Positions 9,636 through 19,363 of a DNA stretch of 64,000 nucleotides are shown one piece after another (positions within the stretch are counted from its first letter, which is position 1; each line of letters begins with the position of its first letter). The notes under the pieces were generated by a model. That model did no database searches and was not told the origin of the DNA. It saw nothing but the letters and a program-made list of their open reading frames with translations. Source of the DNA: an uncultured Candidatus Saccharibacteria bacterium (GTDB taxonomy: Bacteria > Patescibacteriota > Dojkabacteria > SC72); the NCBI GenBank assembly GCA_964610125.1, contig CAZSUV010000001.1, positions 45,599-109,598 of the forward strand, in the 5' to 3' direction. Position numbers and translations under genes: made by a program.

Positions 9636-10513
9636 ATACTAAATGTTGTTCCTGTTTGTGTTGGTGTAGTTGTATCTGTAGTTGGAGCTTGATTGAAGTC
9701 AGGCATTGGAGTTTCAGCGGTGGCTGCTACTGGTGAAGGTGTTTCCATCATTGGTGTTGCCATTGGTGGTACTTCTGCTACTTGATTATTTACAAACTGT
9801 TGTAAGTCTGGCATGACAGGAGCCACTTCTGGAGCGGATGTATTGAATGATGGAAATGCAGGTGCTTCTACAGGCGCATTAAATTGTGTATCCATTGCTG
9901 GAGTAGCAGGAGCTTCAGCAACTTCAGGCATAGGTGTTGGAGTAAATGTTGGAGCTGGAGTTTCAACAGGTGTTTTAGTTGGAACTTGTTCCATAACATG
10001 GTCGGTGACAGGACCCATTGGAGATGCTGATGCTTCGCCTTGTAATATTGCTTGTAGATCAGACGACTGTGTTTCCTCAGTAACAGGAGTCTCTGAAGGA
10101 GTAGATTCAGGTTGTGTCATAGGCATTTCTTCAACAGGAGTTGGTGTCGATTCCATTGTTTCTTGAATAGTTGGTTTGGTTTCCGCAGGTGCATACAAAT
10201 TACTAGAAATATTATCCATATTTACTGGTTGTACAGAAGTTTCAACCTCAGGTGCAAATACTGTAGGAGGAGTATTCTCAACGACTGGTGTTGTAGGAGC
10301 AACTTCTGATGTCTCTTCTCCTTTTTCTTTTCTTTTACTTAGTAAGATTCCAACGATACTGATTAAAAGTATTACTGCTCCACCGATTAATATGTATGGT
10401 AAATATGTCATCAACTGTGTTTGAAGCGTAGAAGTATCTGCTGCAAATACCTGTGAAGGATATATTATCAAAGCAATCAAGGTTATTCCGGTTAAAAAGG
10501 ATTTTTTCATCAA
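9632..10513 (-). CDS. Membrane protein with long Pro/Thr/Glu-rich disordered tail
   Basis: Signal peptide ending VFA, a second TM helix, KRKEK, then low-complexity PTE/M repeats. Confidence 0.75.
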   Translation of the reverse strand: MMKKSFLTGITLIALIIYPSQVFAADTSTLQTQLMTYLPYILIGGAVILLISIVGILLSKRKEKGEETSEVAPTTPVVENTPPTVFAPEVETSVQPVNMDNISSNLYAPAETKPTIQETMESTPTPVEEMPMTQPESTPSETPVTEETQSSDLQAILQGEASASPMGPVTDHVMEQVPTKTPVETPAPTFTPTPMPEVAEAPATPAMDTQFNAPVEAPAFPSFNTSAPEVAPVMPDLQQFVNNQVAEVPPMATPMMETPSPVAATAETPMPDFNQAPTTDTTTPTQTGTTFSI

Positions 10514-10600
10514 TTGGACAGTTTAATTTTATACATATTAAGGCTATCATTCTAATCAATCTATTTCAAGGCTTTTTAAATATATTTTTAATACAAATAT

Positions 10601-10629
10601 TTGACTTGCCAGGGTTGGGAATATACACT
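10601..10629 (+). promoter_or_regulatory. sigma70-type promoter of the Lon-like gene
   Basis: TTGACT-N17-TACACT, 25 bp upstream of ATG 10655. Confidence 0.6.
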
Positions 10630-10654
10630 CTAATGTAATATTTAACTGCTCAAT

Positions 10655-11848
10655 ATGGACTATATTAATTCGGGTGTACAACAAAATAGCAATGTGACAG
10701 ATGATTCCATAACGGAGGTTTTAACATTAAAAAATACCCTTGTTAATTCAAACACACCTTTAGAACTTAAAAATGAAGCTTTAACGAATATTGAAAGACT
10801 TGAAAGAATTGCTAGAAAGGGTGTGTATAGCGCAGAATTTGAAAATGTAAGTAAGTATATACAGTGGATTACACGTATTCCTTGGAATACAGTTTCTCAG
10901 GATAATTTTGATTTGAAGCATGCGAAAGAGTTAATGGATTCAACTCATTATGGTATGGATCCTGTTAAAAATGTGATTTTGGATTACATAGCATCTATGC
11001 AATTAGAGGCAACACAAGAACGAAACATGACAGCTCCTGTTGAACCACAGATTCAATCTTTAGGAAGCACTGATGGTAGGCCATCAACCAATATTCAGGC
11101 AGGTATGCCAAAATCTATAAAGGCACCAGTTTTTCTTTTTGTCGGTTTACAAGGTGTTGGAAAAACATCTATTGCACAATCAATTGCTGATGCAATGGGA
11201 AGAAAATTTGTAAGAATATCATTAGGTGCGATAGGGGATGTTAGAACATTAAGAGGGACCCCAAGATATGCACTTGATCCAGAACCGGGGCAGATTATTA
11301 AAGCATTAGTTCGTAGTGGAACAATGAACCCAGTTATACTGTTGGACGAGATTGAAAAAGCTAGCGGTAACAATGGTTTGCTGAATGATGTTATGGCAGC
11401 CTTACTAGAAATATTAGACCCGGAACAGAATCACGCATTCTTAGACCACTATATTGATTATCCAGTTGATCTGTCTAAAGCATTTTTCATCTGTACAGCA
11501 AACAATCTTGGAGGACTGTCTGCAGCACTTCTTGATCGTGTTGAGGTTATCCGGTTTACTAGTTACTCAGATGAAGAAAAGTCCGTTATTGCTAAGAAAT
11601 ACATATTGCCAAGGGTATTGAGTAGCCTGAATCTTTCGGAAGAATTCATCAAGATTGATGAAAATGCATGGCCAATGATTATACGTCCAGTTGGTTTTGA
11701 TGCTGGTATTCGACAGTTAGAGAGAAATATTGCAGGAATAGTTAGGGCCGCGGCTAGAAGAATAGTTGAGGGAACTCCAATTCCAATTATTATAACTGTT
11801 GAGAATCTCAATCAATATCTTCCACCTGATCAAGGACCTTTGAGTTAG
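10655..11848 (+). CDS. Lon-like AAA+ ATPase lacking the N-domain and the protease domain
   Basis: YIQWITRIPW, THYGMDPVK, Walker A GLQGVGKT, Walker B ILLDEIEK, LLEILDPEQN, TAN, LLDRVE and GIRQLER. The protein ends right after the AAA lid. Confidence 0.88.
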   Translation: MDYINSGVQQNSNVTDDSITEVLTLKNTLVNSNTPLELKNEALTNIERLERIARKGVYSAEFENVSKYIQWITRIPWNTVSQDNFDLKHAKELMDSTHYGMDPVKNVILDYIASMQLEATQERNMTAPVEPQIQSLGSTDGRPSTNIQAGMPKSIKAPVFLFVGLQGVGKTSIAQSIADAMGRKFVRISLGAIGDVRTLRGTPRYALDPEPGQIIKALVRSGTMNPVILLDEIEKASGNNGLLNDVMAALLEILDPEQNHAFLDHYIDYPVDLSKAFFICTANNLGGLSAALLDRVEVIRFTSYSDEEKSVIAKKYILPRVLSSLNLSEEFIKIDENAWPMIIRPVGFDAGIRQLERNIAGIVRAAARRIVEGTPIPIIITVENLNQYLPPDQGPLS

Positions 11849-11857
11849 TATTACTTG

Positions 11858-12100
11858 CTAGTATCCCTTAAATGGGTTGGATAATCTCAATGCGTTCATA
11901 GCTATCGATACTTGTGGGTTATTGATACCCTTAATTGCACTTACCTTATACTCTGATCTTTTCTCTGCTTTTTCTAATTTTTCTAGATCTGAGGTAATTT
12001 TCTGTTGTGGTATTGACGCAGTGGATACAGCCTTCGTAACCAAGTAGTTGGACTCCGGCAACATATTCAAATTGTTCAGACTATTGTTGTTTTGGTCCAT
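11858..12100 (-). CDS. Small hypothetical protein at the end of the VirB4 operon
   Basis: 80-aa ORF overlapping the VirB4 stop and filling the gap to the Lon-like gene. Confidence 0.5.
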   Translation of the reverse strand: MDQNNNSLNNLNMLPESNYLVTKAVSTASIPQQKITSDLEKLEKAEKRSEYKVSAIKGINNPQVSIAMNALRLSNPFKGY

Positions 12101-14507
12101 TGTTAATATAGCTAGAAACTGGTCCCTGTGGGGTTATGTGTGTCCTACCTTTTTGTATATCTTCTCTAGATTGCACCACTTGACCAGAAATTGTATTTTG
12201 TTTTAGTTCGTCTAAAAAAGTTTGCTGACTTTTCTGCTTTTGTGGATTCAAATCTAGTTCTTGTTGTCTTAATCTTTCTTCTAACTCTTTTTGGTATTGT
12301 CTTCTTTCATCCTCTATCTGTATTCTTTCTTCTTTTCGTTTATCAATTGCTTGCATAATTACCTGCTGTTGTCTGTTCATAGCGGATACGTTATTCATAG
12401 TTTGTTGGTCTGCAGGCTGTTCAAATATCTGTGCCATTTCTTCCATTGTTCGAGTATCTGTCATCCCTGCCATAGCTTTCTTCTTTTCTAAATCTCTAGG
12501 ATCTGAGGTTATGAGTTCATGCTCTGCCTGGCTTGATATTACCTGTATACCTACATGATTTGCACCGGCAAAGAAGAGGCCTTGTCCACGATCGCAACTT
12601 AGTAAGAAGTTTCTTTCTCCATCAGAGAGATTAAAGACGGTTTGTAATTTCTCAACGGAAGAAGGACTTTGTTTCATCAATATTTGCATTGAAGAGTTTG
12701 AGATTATGGCTTTTCCCATATCATTTGTAAGGAAATCTGCTACATCTTGAGTAATGGTTGAAAGCCCAAGGTAATATTTTCTCGCTCGCTTTGCGATGGA
12801 GTACATGAAGTTTGCAGAGTCCTGGCTTTGCATCATGTACCAAGCTTCATCAACGATGAGTAATCGTTTTCGTTTGTCTTTTCTAATCTTGGTCCAGATG
12901 AAATCAAGCATTAAGTACATAGCTAGAGGTTTTAGTTCTTCCTGTAAGTCTCTAATACTGAATACTGTGAATGGATTTTGTATCTCAAAATTACTTTCTT
13001 CATTGAATATTCCAGCAGCACTACCCATGATATATTTTTCCATTCTTCTGGCTAAATCATGAGCTTCATTCTCTGCCATACCTTTTAGTACTTTGTACAA
13101 ATCTTCGAGTAGAGGAGGCTTCTTAGTCTGGGTTGTAGGATCAAAAGTTATTCCTTTTTCTCGGTATGTAAGGATTAATGCTTTGTCCAATATTGATTCT
13201 TCCACATTAGTTAATCCTCCAAAAATGATCTTAAAGAATCCGTGAAGAGTTAGAAGTTTCATTCTTAATTCATCGTCTCCTTCTTCGGTTACTCCTGAGA
13301 GCTCAAATGGATTCATCTTGTTGCCTTTGTCTTGTGAGAAGGAAATGTAAGAACCATTTACAGCCTTTGAAAGTTCTTCGTATTCTCTTTCTGGATCTAT
13401 GATTATGACCTCTGTTCCAAGCATTAGACTTCTAACAGCTTCAAGCTTCACGAAGTAGCTTTTTCCTGCACCTGATTTTGCAAATACTACAGTGTTAGCA
13501 TTTTCTAATTGGAATCTATCAAAGATAACTAAACTCTTGTTATGCATATTTATTCCGTACATAATTCCCTTGTCCATTGTTAATTCTGAGGTTACAAATG
13601 GGAAGGTGGTAGCAAGGGATGTGGTATCCATATTTCGAGTGAAATACAGTTTGTCCAAGCCCAACGGTTGTGTACTTATGAATCCAGGCTCTTGCTGTAA
13701 TGTTGCTGGTTTTGCAGTTACATTCATAGCTGCAAATGTAGAGATGATGTTCTTAGAATATCTCTCGAGGAGAGCTTTGTTAGGGGCATAGATGGTTAAA
13801 TACATTCCAAAGTGGAAGTATTTCTCAGAGCCTTCTGCAATTGAATCTTGTAACTGTTGAGCATCAGATAGAGCTACTTTTAATGTAGGATCTACTACTT
13901 TTCTATCTTCCATCTGGGAGTAGAGTGTAGCTTCCATTTCACCGATTTTTCGCTTTAACTTTTCCAAAATATCCTTTGATTCAACAGGATAGTAGAAAGT
14001 GCTAATTCTAAGCGAATGCTCAAAGTTTACGATTGGTGAAAGCCAGTTAGGTCCTACAATACGTGGATAGCCTGTGACTTTGAAGGTACGGAAGAAATAG
14101 TCTCCCATTTGAAGATTGTTGAAATCTATCTCCATATCTATTGGTGCGACAATATCTTTTATGGACATATCTTTGTCCAACATGGTTATTTCATCTTCTT
14201 CGACAGGAGTACTATCTTCGGGCTCTTCTTTGACAGGTTTTCCACTAACTTTGGCAGAAACCTGATCAAGCAGTTTGAAAAGTATATTCTTTTTTTTCTT
14301 GGGTTTGATATCCTCATCTGTATCTACAGGATCATTAAATCTATCCTTTTTCTCAAGTTCGTCTTTCTTTGCAATTTCTTTCTGCAAATCTTGTTTAAAG
14401 TTTGCATATTTCTCCCCAACTGATTGAAGCTTCTCCTGTTGAGCTTGAAGCTCTTGAGTAGTTTTGTTCTCAAATGTTCGATTGTAGTTATTTATTTCCT
14501 CAGACAT
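12081..14507 (-). CDS. virB4: VirB4/TraC/ConE-like type IV secretion ATPase
   Basis: FPF...YGIN, Walker A AKSGAGKS, IIDPEREY, Walker B LIVDEAW, RARKY and TITQ. Confidence 0.9.
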   Translation of the reverse strand: MSEEINNYNRTFENKTTQELQAQQEKLQSVGEKYANFKQDLQKEIAKKDELEKKDRFNDPVDTDEDIKPKKKKNILFKLLDQVSAKVSGKPVKEEPEDSTPVEEDEITMLDKDMSIKDIVAPIDMEIDFNNLQMGDYFFRTFKVTGYPRIVGPNWLSPIVNFEHSLRISTFYYPVESKDILEKLKRKIGEMEATLYSQMEDRKVVDPTLKVALSDAQQLQDSIAEGSEKYFHFGMYLTIYAPNKALLERYSKNIISTFAAMNVTAKPATLQQEPGFISTQPLGLDKLYFTRNMDTTSLATTFPFVTSELTMDKGIMYGINMHNKSLVIFDRFQLENANTVVFAKSGAGKSYFVKLEAVRSLMLGTEVIIIDPEREYEELSKAVNGSYISFSQDKGNKMNPFELSGVTEEGDDELRMKLLTLHGFFKIIFGGLTNVEESILDKALILTYREKGITFDPTTQTKKPPLLEDLYKVLKGMAENEAHDLARRMEKYIMGSAAGIFNEESNFEIQNPFTVFSIRDLQEELKPLAMYLMLDFIWTKIRKDKRKRLLIVDEAWYMMQSQDSANFMYSIAKRARKYYLGLSTITQDVADFLTNDMGKAIISNSSMQILMKQSPSSVEKLQTVFNLSDGERNFLLSCDRGQGLFFAGANHVGIQVISSQAEHELITSDPRDLEKKKAMAGMTDTRTMEEMAQIFEQPADQQTMNNVSAMNRQQQVIMQAIDKRKEERIQIEDERRQYQKELEERLRQQELDLNPQKQKSQQTFLDELKQNTISGQVVQSREDIQKGRTHITPQGPVSSYINNGPKQQ

Positions 14508-15144
14508 TTTCTTCTTCTTCTGGATTATATATTGTGTAAAATTCGGAGAGTAACTCAGTATTGTTCAATTGATGCCCAACTAATCCCATACGAGAGAGTT
14601 GCTTAAGAATTTGATCTCTCTTAGGATACAGGAATATCTTAGCCTTTTCTAATAGCTGATCTATAGCCATCTGTCTGTATTTCTCTTCATCTTCATTCTT
14701 TTTCTTGTTACCGAGTAATCCAATTTCTGGTAAAGAGAGTCCTGGACTGTAAGGTATTACAACAAAGAAGTTTTTGTCCAAAACATCATTTTGTACGATT
14801 AGGTTTTGTACAAACTGGGTATATATTTCTAACTGTTTTTTCAACCCTTCACTCATCTGTCTTTCTTTTTGAGATTTGAGGTAATCAACATAGCTTGTGA
14901 TATCTATTCTTTTAGTTCTGATTAATATTTGGATGGGGAAGTTTAGTGCATTAAGTAATCCAGCAAATGCATAGATCTTGTTGTCTTGTTCATATTCTGC
15001 GAGAAGGTCGAAGTTGATAGCGGAGGTTTGGATTACCATTGCTACACTGCCACTCTTGGTTATGACTAAGTCCTCTCGTATATCTCGGACTTCTAATTCA
15101 TCTTGTGTTGAAGCTATTGCTCTAGCTCTTGTATTTTTATCCAC
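14500..15144 (-). CDS. Conserved T4SS-associated protein (resembles the VirB4/TraC N-terminal region)
   Basis: STQDELEVRDIREDLVI...AINFDLL...LLNALNFPIQILIRT. Lies between PrgI and VirB4. Confidence 0.7.
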   Translation of the reverse strand: MDKNTRARAIASTQDELEVRDIREDLVITKSGSVAMVIQTSAINFDLLAEYEQDNKIYAFAGLLNALNFPIQILIRTKRIDITSYVDYLKSQKERQMSEGLKKQLEIYTQFVQNLIVQNDVLDKNFFVVIPYSPGLSLPEIGLLGNKKKNEDEEKYRQMAIDQLLEKAKIFLYPKRDQILKQLSRMGLVGHQLNNTELLSEFYTIYNPEEEENV

Positions 15145-15145
15145 G

Positions 15146-15946
15146 TTATATTGTTTTAATCTTAATAGGTAGCTTGTTACTTTCGTCTGTGAGTAGTAAA
15201 TCTACCTTAGGGAACTTGTATTGTGGGTGTATGAATTCTAAGGTATATCTTCCTTTGGTCCACATTCTGTTGGTTAAGAAATATCCACTTGCTCCGGTTC
15301 GGTTAGCATACAATATTTTTCCATCTTCCCCCTTCATATATGTTATGACATTTGGTACGGATACCATATCTCCAGTATACAACCATATGTTAATATTCCC
15401 AGGTAATTTTTCTAAGTTTTGGATTGTAAATTCATAGTTCTTTCGGTTTTCTTCTGAGATGATTAATCTGTCTTGTACGATTGGAGTTGGTATGGCCTGA
15501 GGAATATTCTCTACAGGAATCTCTTCATTTGTTGTTTGCAAAAGGTTGCCACCGATAATGGGGCTTGTTTTTTCCTTGAAGCTTTTTTGTACTAACTTGC
15601 CATCTGCAGATGGTTTTAATTCTGGCTTTGTTCTTGCTTGTTGCATTTCACTGTTCATCCATACTCTTTGTGTTGGTGCGGTTATTGCTCCTATATAGTT
15701 CTTTATGAACACATCTGCGTCTTGCTCATTGATAGGGACTAAGCCTAAAAAGATCCCAGCACCAGAAGTGAGGATACATATTGGGATTCCAACTAATCCT
15801 GGGATCGTTTTAGCTACAACGAGATATATCATTAACCCGCCGAATCCCAACCCGATAGCAAGATAGGCGAATTCTTTCAGAGTAAACTTTGAAAAGAGTT
15901 TGAACTCTACATCTAATATATTTTGCGGTATCGGATGTTGTCTCAT
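15146..15946 (-). CDS. PrgI-family (VirB3-like) membrane protein with C-terminal beta-sandwich domain
   Basis: MRQHPIPQNI..EFKLF..FTLKEF followed by two TM helices. The C-terminus resembles a carboxypeptidase-regulatory-like domain (RTGASGYF...GRYTLEF). Confidence 0.78.
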   Translation of the reverse strand: MRQHPIPQNILDVEFKLFSKFTLKEFAYLAIGLGFGGLMIYLVVAKTIPGLVGIPICILTSGAGIFLGLVPINEQDADVFIKNYIGAITAPTQRVWMNSEMQQARTKPELKPSADGKLVQKSFKEKTSPIIGGNLLQTTNEEIPVENIPQAIPTPIVQDRLIISEENRKNYEFTIQNLEKLPGNINIWLYTGDMVSVPNVITYMKGEDGKILYANRTGASGYFLTNRMWTKGRYTLEFIHPQYKFPKVDLLLTDESNKLPIKIKTI

Positions 15947-16023
15947 ATATGGCAGATTTTACAATATTTCTTACTAAGAGTTTAGCAGAATATTGATAAT
16001 ATTTTTAGATGGTATAATGAATT

Positions 16024-16794
16024 ATGTATATACCTAAGAAAGTGGTTATGGATCTTACAAAATTTAGAGCATTAATGGGTTGTAATCTAACAGAGGAGAA
16101 AGCTAGGTATATTTGGGGTAAGAATTCTGTTAAGAATTCAGATATTTCTTTTGGAAAAGAACAATCAAATGAGTATGTAAATTCAAAGGTTGAGCTTGCT
16201 CAGAGGAATGTAAAATATTTACAGGTTGGGAACTTGGTTAAGTTCATTGGTGTTTCTGGTTCTGTAGCTGCGGGTTTTGCTAAGGAAGAGGATGATATTG
16301 ATGTTTTTGTGGTGGTTAGAAATGATACGGCATGGATATACAGGGCATTGTTGGTATTTAAGAATATTTTTCATCACAGGATTAGGACTAAGTGGGATGG
16401 GGAGAGGGTGAAGGATAAATTTTGTTTAAATTTGATATGTGAGGAGAGGGATGTGGTGTTTGAGGATGATATGTTTAACTTTCATGAATTAATGTATTTG
16501 GTTCCAATATTTAATGAAAGATATTTGAACTTTGTATATTCTCAGAATGTTTGGTTAAGAGAAATATATGGGGTTAAGGGGGAGTTGATGGTGAATAGGG
16601 TGAGTGTGAGTAAGAAAAAGAATTTGTTTTTTAAAGTTTTAAATTTCAAAGCTTTTTGTTTGCAATTAGTGTTTATGATTTTGTCTAAACATAGTCCGGA
16701 GATTCCTAGATTAAAAGAAAATTTTAAGAGAGGAAGGATTGAATTTTTTCCTAGGGATTACAAGGAGAAGAGGATGGAAGATTACTTAAAGTAA
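16024..16794 (+). CDS. Pol-beta superfamily nucleotidyltransferase-domain protein
   Basis: GVSGSVA...DDIDVFVV (GS...DxD motif). Confidence 0.72.
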   Translation: MYIPKKVVMDLTKFRALMGCNLTEEKARYIWGKNSVKNSDISFGKEQSNEYVNSKVELAQRNVKYLQVGNLVKFIGVSGSVAAGFAKEEDDIDVFVVVRNDTAWIYRALLVFKNIFHHRIRTKWDGERVKDKFCLNLICEERDVVFEDDMFNFHELMYLVPIFNERYLNFVYSQNVWLREIYGVKGELMVNRVSVSKKKNLFFKVLNFKAFCLQLVFMILSKHSPEIPRLKENFKRGRIEFFPRDYKEKRMEDYLK

Positions 16795-16814
16795 TTTCAA
16801 TGTTATTATAAATC

Positions 16815-17603
16815 ATGGAACCTAGATCAGAAATTTTTTCTGTAGATAATAATGATTTACACTATTACGTTCGTGGAAATGGAAAATTTCCAGTTATAGT
16901 TATGCACGGCCTTGGCTCAAGTGGCCGTTCATTTTACAAAGGAGTAGATATTAGTCTTCCTGATACTACAACGTATTATATTGATCTTCCTGGGCATGGG
17001 GATAGTTTTAATTTGGTACTTAAGCAGCCAGAAAAGTGGGTAAGTTTTATTACGGATTTTTGTAAGAGTTTGAATTCTAAGAAAATAGCTATTGTAGGTT
17101 TTTCACTTGGAGGAGAAATTGGATTGCTGGTTGCTGAAAGATTAGTACAAGAAAACTATGATTGTTCCTTGTTTGTATGGAGTACTTCCCATAAATTAAA
17201 TCACAAAGATTCAGTGCCATTAATTGCTGAATTGGGTATGTCGCTTTGGAAATTGCTAAATGTGATTTTAAGAAGTGCCTTTGTAAGAAAATTACTGTCA
17301 TTCTTTGGTATTAAGTTAGCGGGGCAGGATTGGAATGATGTAGTCAGTACAAATCCATATGCATTTCGTTTTGCAAAGAAACTGTTTAAAAGAGACATGA
17401 CTGATATTGATAAAAGGATAAGATTTAAATATATATATGGAGATCATGATGCATTTGTTGATTACAAGAAAGTTGTTCCTGAGATTGAGAAAGTTCGTCC
17501 TGAGTCTAGTATATATATTTCTGGATGTCAGCATTTTGGTAATGAGGTAGGGTGGAAGAATGCTGTTGAGTATTTGAAAGAAGAAATAAGTTTAATCAAT
17601 TAA
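16815..17603 (+). CDS. Alpha/beta hydrolase
   Basis: HGLGS, DLPGHG, GFSLGG nucleophile elbow, GDHD and a C-terminal His. Confidence 0.88.
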   Translation: MEPRSEIFSVDNNDLHYYVRGNGKFPVIVMHGLGSSGRSFYKGVDISLPDTTTYYIDLPGHGDSFNLVLKQPEKWVSFITDFCKSLNSKKIAIVGFSLGGEIGLLVAERLVQENYDCSLFVWSTSHKLNHKDSVPLIAELGMSLWKLLNVILRSAFVRKLLSFFGIKLAGQDWNDVVSTNPYAFRFAKKLFKRDMTDIDKRIRFKYIYGDHDAFVDYKKVVPEIEKVRPESSIYISGCQHFGNEVGWKNAVEYLKEEISLIN

Positions 17604-17609
17604 ATATCT

Positions 17610-17936
17610 ATGATCGATTATATGAATAACTATATGGAATATATAAAAACCATATTGAAGAAAGAAAATATAAATGAATCTATTAAAAAAGATCTCATAG
17701 AACATATACAATTTATGCAACATGAAAGACTAATACATCTATTAGTTACTATGTTATTTGCATCATTATTAATGTTTGGATTTATTATTATGCTTATATA
17801 TTTCTCTTGGATATTAGTAGTATTTACAGCATTAATATTTATTGTAGAAATATTCTATATATTCCATTACTACAAACTAGAGAATGGAGTACAGAAGATG
17901 TATAGGTTGTATGATGAATTAACTAAGAAAAAATAA
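17610..17936 (+). CDS. Small two-TM membrane protein
   Basis: QHERLIHLLVT followed by two TM helices and HYYKLENGVQKMY. Very low GC. Confidence 0.72.
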   Translation: MIDYMNNYMEYIKTILKKENINESIKKDLIEHIQFMQHERLIHLLVTMLFASLLMFGFIIMLIYFSWILVVFTALIFIVEIFYIFHYYKLENGVQKMYRLYDELTKKK

Positions 17937-17938
17937 AA

Positions 17939-18988
17939 ATGCCAAACGATTTACCAGGAGAAAACAACGATCAATCTGATGTAAGAGATAGTAGATTCTC
18001 TTCATTATCCAATGCCGCTTTAGGCTATGCAATTGGTCTTGAATATGAAGGCTCGATGAATATAGATTATGAATCTTTCTTAATAGATAAAGTTGTGTCT
18101 TTGGGAGATCTGGACGAAGAAACGGTACAGAATCTTAAACTGTCTTCCAATACCACATTCACGGATCCCTCTGAAAATGTATATTCAGAAAAATTAGCTC
18201 ACTATGTTGAAGCTTTTTGGAGTAATTTAGATGAAAAAGAAAAGATTATTTTAGATGAAGACTTGAAAGAACCTGACAATTTAAATTTAAGAATTGAAGA
18301 GTTCAAAGAATCAGAATTCTCCGAGCAGCTTTTTGAAAGTGAAGAAGGAATGAATAAATTTGTAGGAGTAATTGGGAATAATCTAAAAAAAGCTTTGCTA
18401 GTATCTTTGTTAACTGGGAAGGAATGTAAATACGAGATATACAAGGACAACACAGGAAGATATCTTTGTGATTCTTTTCCTAGAATAGGAAATTACGAAG
18501 CAGTTTCACCAAATATAGATAGAGAATTACACAGTGTTTGTATGATTCATACACATCCAACATTGACGGATTATGACTCTGTAGGAAAGAAATTCCTTAT
18601 GGTGGATGGCTTCTCTTATAATCCAGCATCAGAGGGGGACTTAAGGGCAGATGATAGAAGTGATTGGGTTGGTTTTCTTGCATCCCCTGGGCACAGAGCA
18701 ATTGTGGAGGGTGTAATCTCTAGTAATGAACATTTAACTTTATTAAAGTTTAATCCATTGGATGTGGATTCAATTGTTACGAGGGCTAATTATAGAGGAA
18801 TAAGTATTTATCCTGAAGATATAGAATTTTTAAATCAGGAAGGAGTTTATACTAGCATTGTTGCAAGGAGTATCCTTAGGAAGATAACAAATAATAGTTA
18901 TTCCGAAGACATAGACAAAAGGTTATCAAGTTTTTTTGGTTATAATCTATATAAAGGAAATATTGAGAAGGTTGAAAGAGCTATATAG
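17939..18988 (+). CDS. Hypothetical protein with JAB/MPN-like E...HTHP...S..D motif
   Basis: GKEC...MIHTHP...FS...SEGD, with an acidic N-terminal extension. Confidence 0.6.
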   Translation: MPNDLPGENNDQSDVRDSRFSSLSNAALGYAIGLEYEGSMNIDYESFLIDKVVSLGDLDEETVQNLKLSSNTTFTDPSENVYSEKLAHYVEAFWSNLDEKEKIILDEDLKEPDNLNLRIEEFKESEFSEQLFESEEGMNKFVGVIGNNLKKALLVSLLTGKECKYEIYKDNTGRYLCDSFPRIGNYEAVSPNIDRELHSVCMIHTHPTLTDYDSVGKKFLMVDGFSYNPASEGDLRADDRSDWVGFLASPGHRAIVEGVISSNEHLTLLKFNPLDVDSIVTRANYRGISIYPEDIEFLNQEGVYTSIVARSILRKITNNSYSEDIDKRLSSFFGYNLYKGNIEKVERAI

Positions 18989-18991
18989 AGT

Positions 18992-19363
18992 TCAATCTGA
19001 AATACAAACTTTAAAATCCTTGAATTCAACGATCTCTAGTTTCTTTGGTTCTTCTTCCCATTCACATATTTCAAATGGAATATTGTTATACATTCCTTGA
19101 AACTCTAAATATTTATCTTCCCATTTATGTATATCAGATATTTTGTATTCATTTAACAAACTAAATGCCTTCGTTATATCTTCTTTTGAAACAAATAAAT
19201 CAATGTCATAGGGATATACATCTTCACCAAGTATGTAATGTAAGCCAGAGGCAGATAGGCAGTAGAGGATATTATTCTTACTAAGTTCTTGTGTTAGATA
19301 TCTAAGAGCTTTCTCCCATTTCCCAATATTTTGTTTGTTTATTTCGTAATATTCTTTATCCAT
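18992..19363 (-). CDS. Small nucleotidyltransferase-fold protein
   Basis: YCLSASGL...PYDIDLFV...PFEI. Confidence 0.6.
   Translation of the reverse strand: MDKEYYEINKQNIGKWEKALRYLTQELSKNNILYCLSASGLHYILGEDVYPYDIDLFVSKEDITKAFSLLNEYKISDIHKWEDKYLEFQGMYNNIPFEICEWEEEPKKLEIVEFKDFKVCISD

Noticed and set aside
11858-15946. Integrative conjugative element
   Set aside because: No integrase, relaxase or att repeats, and the composition matches the flanking housekeeping genes.
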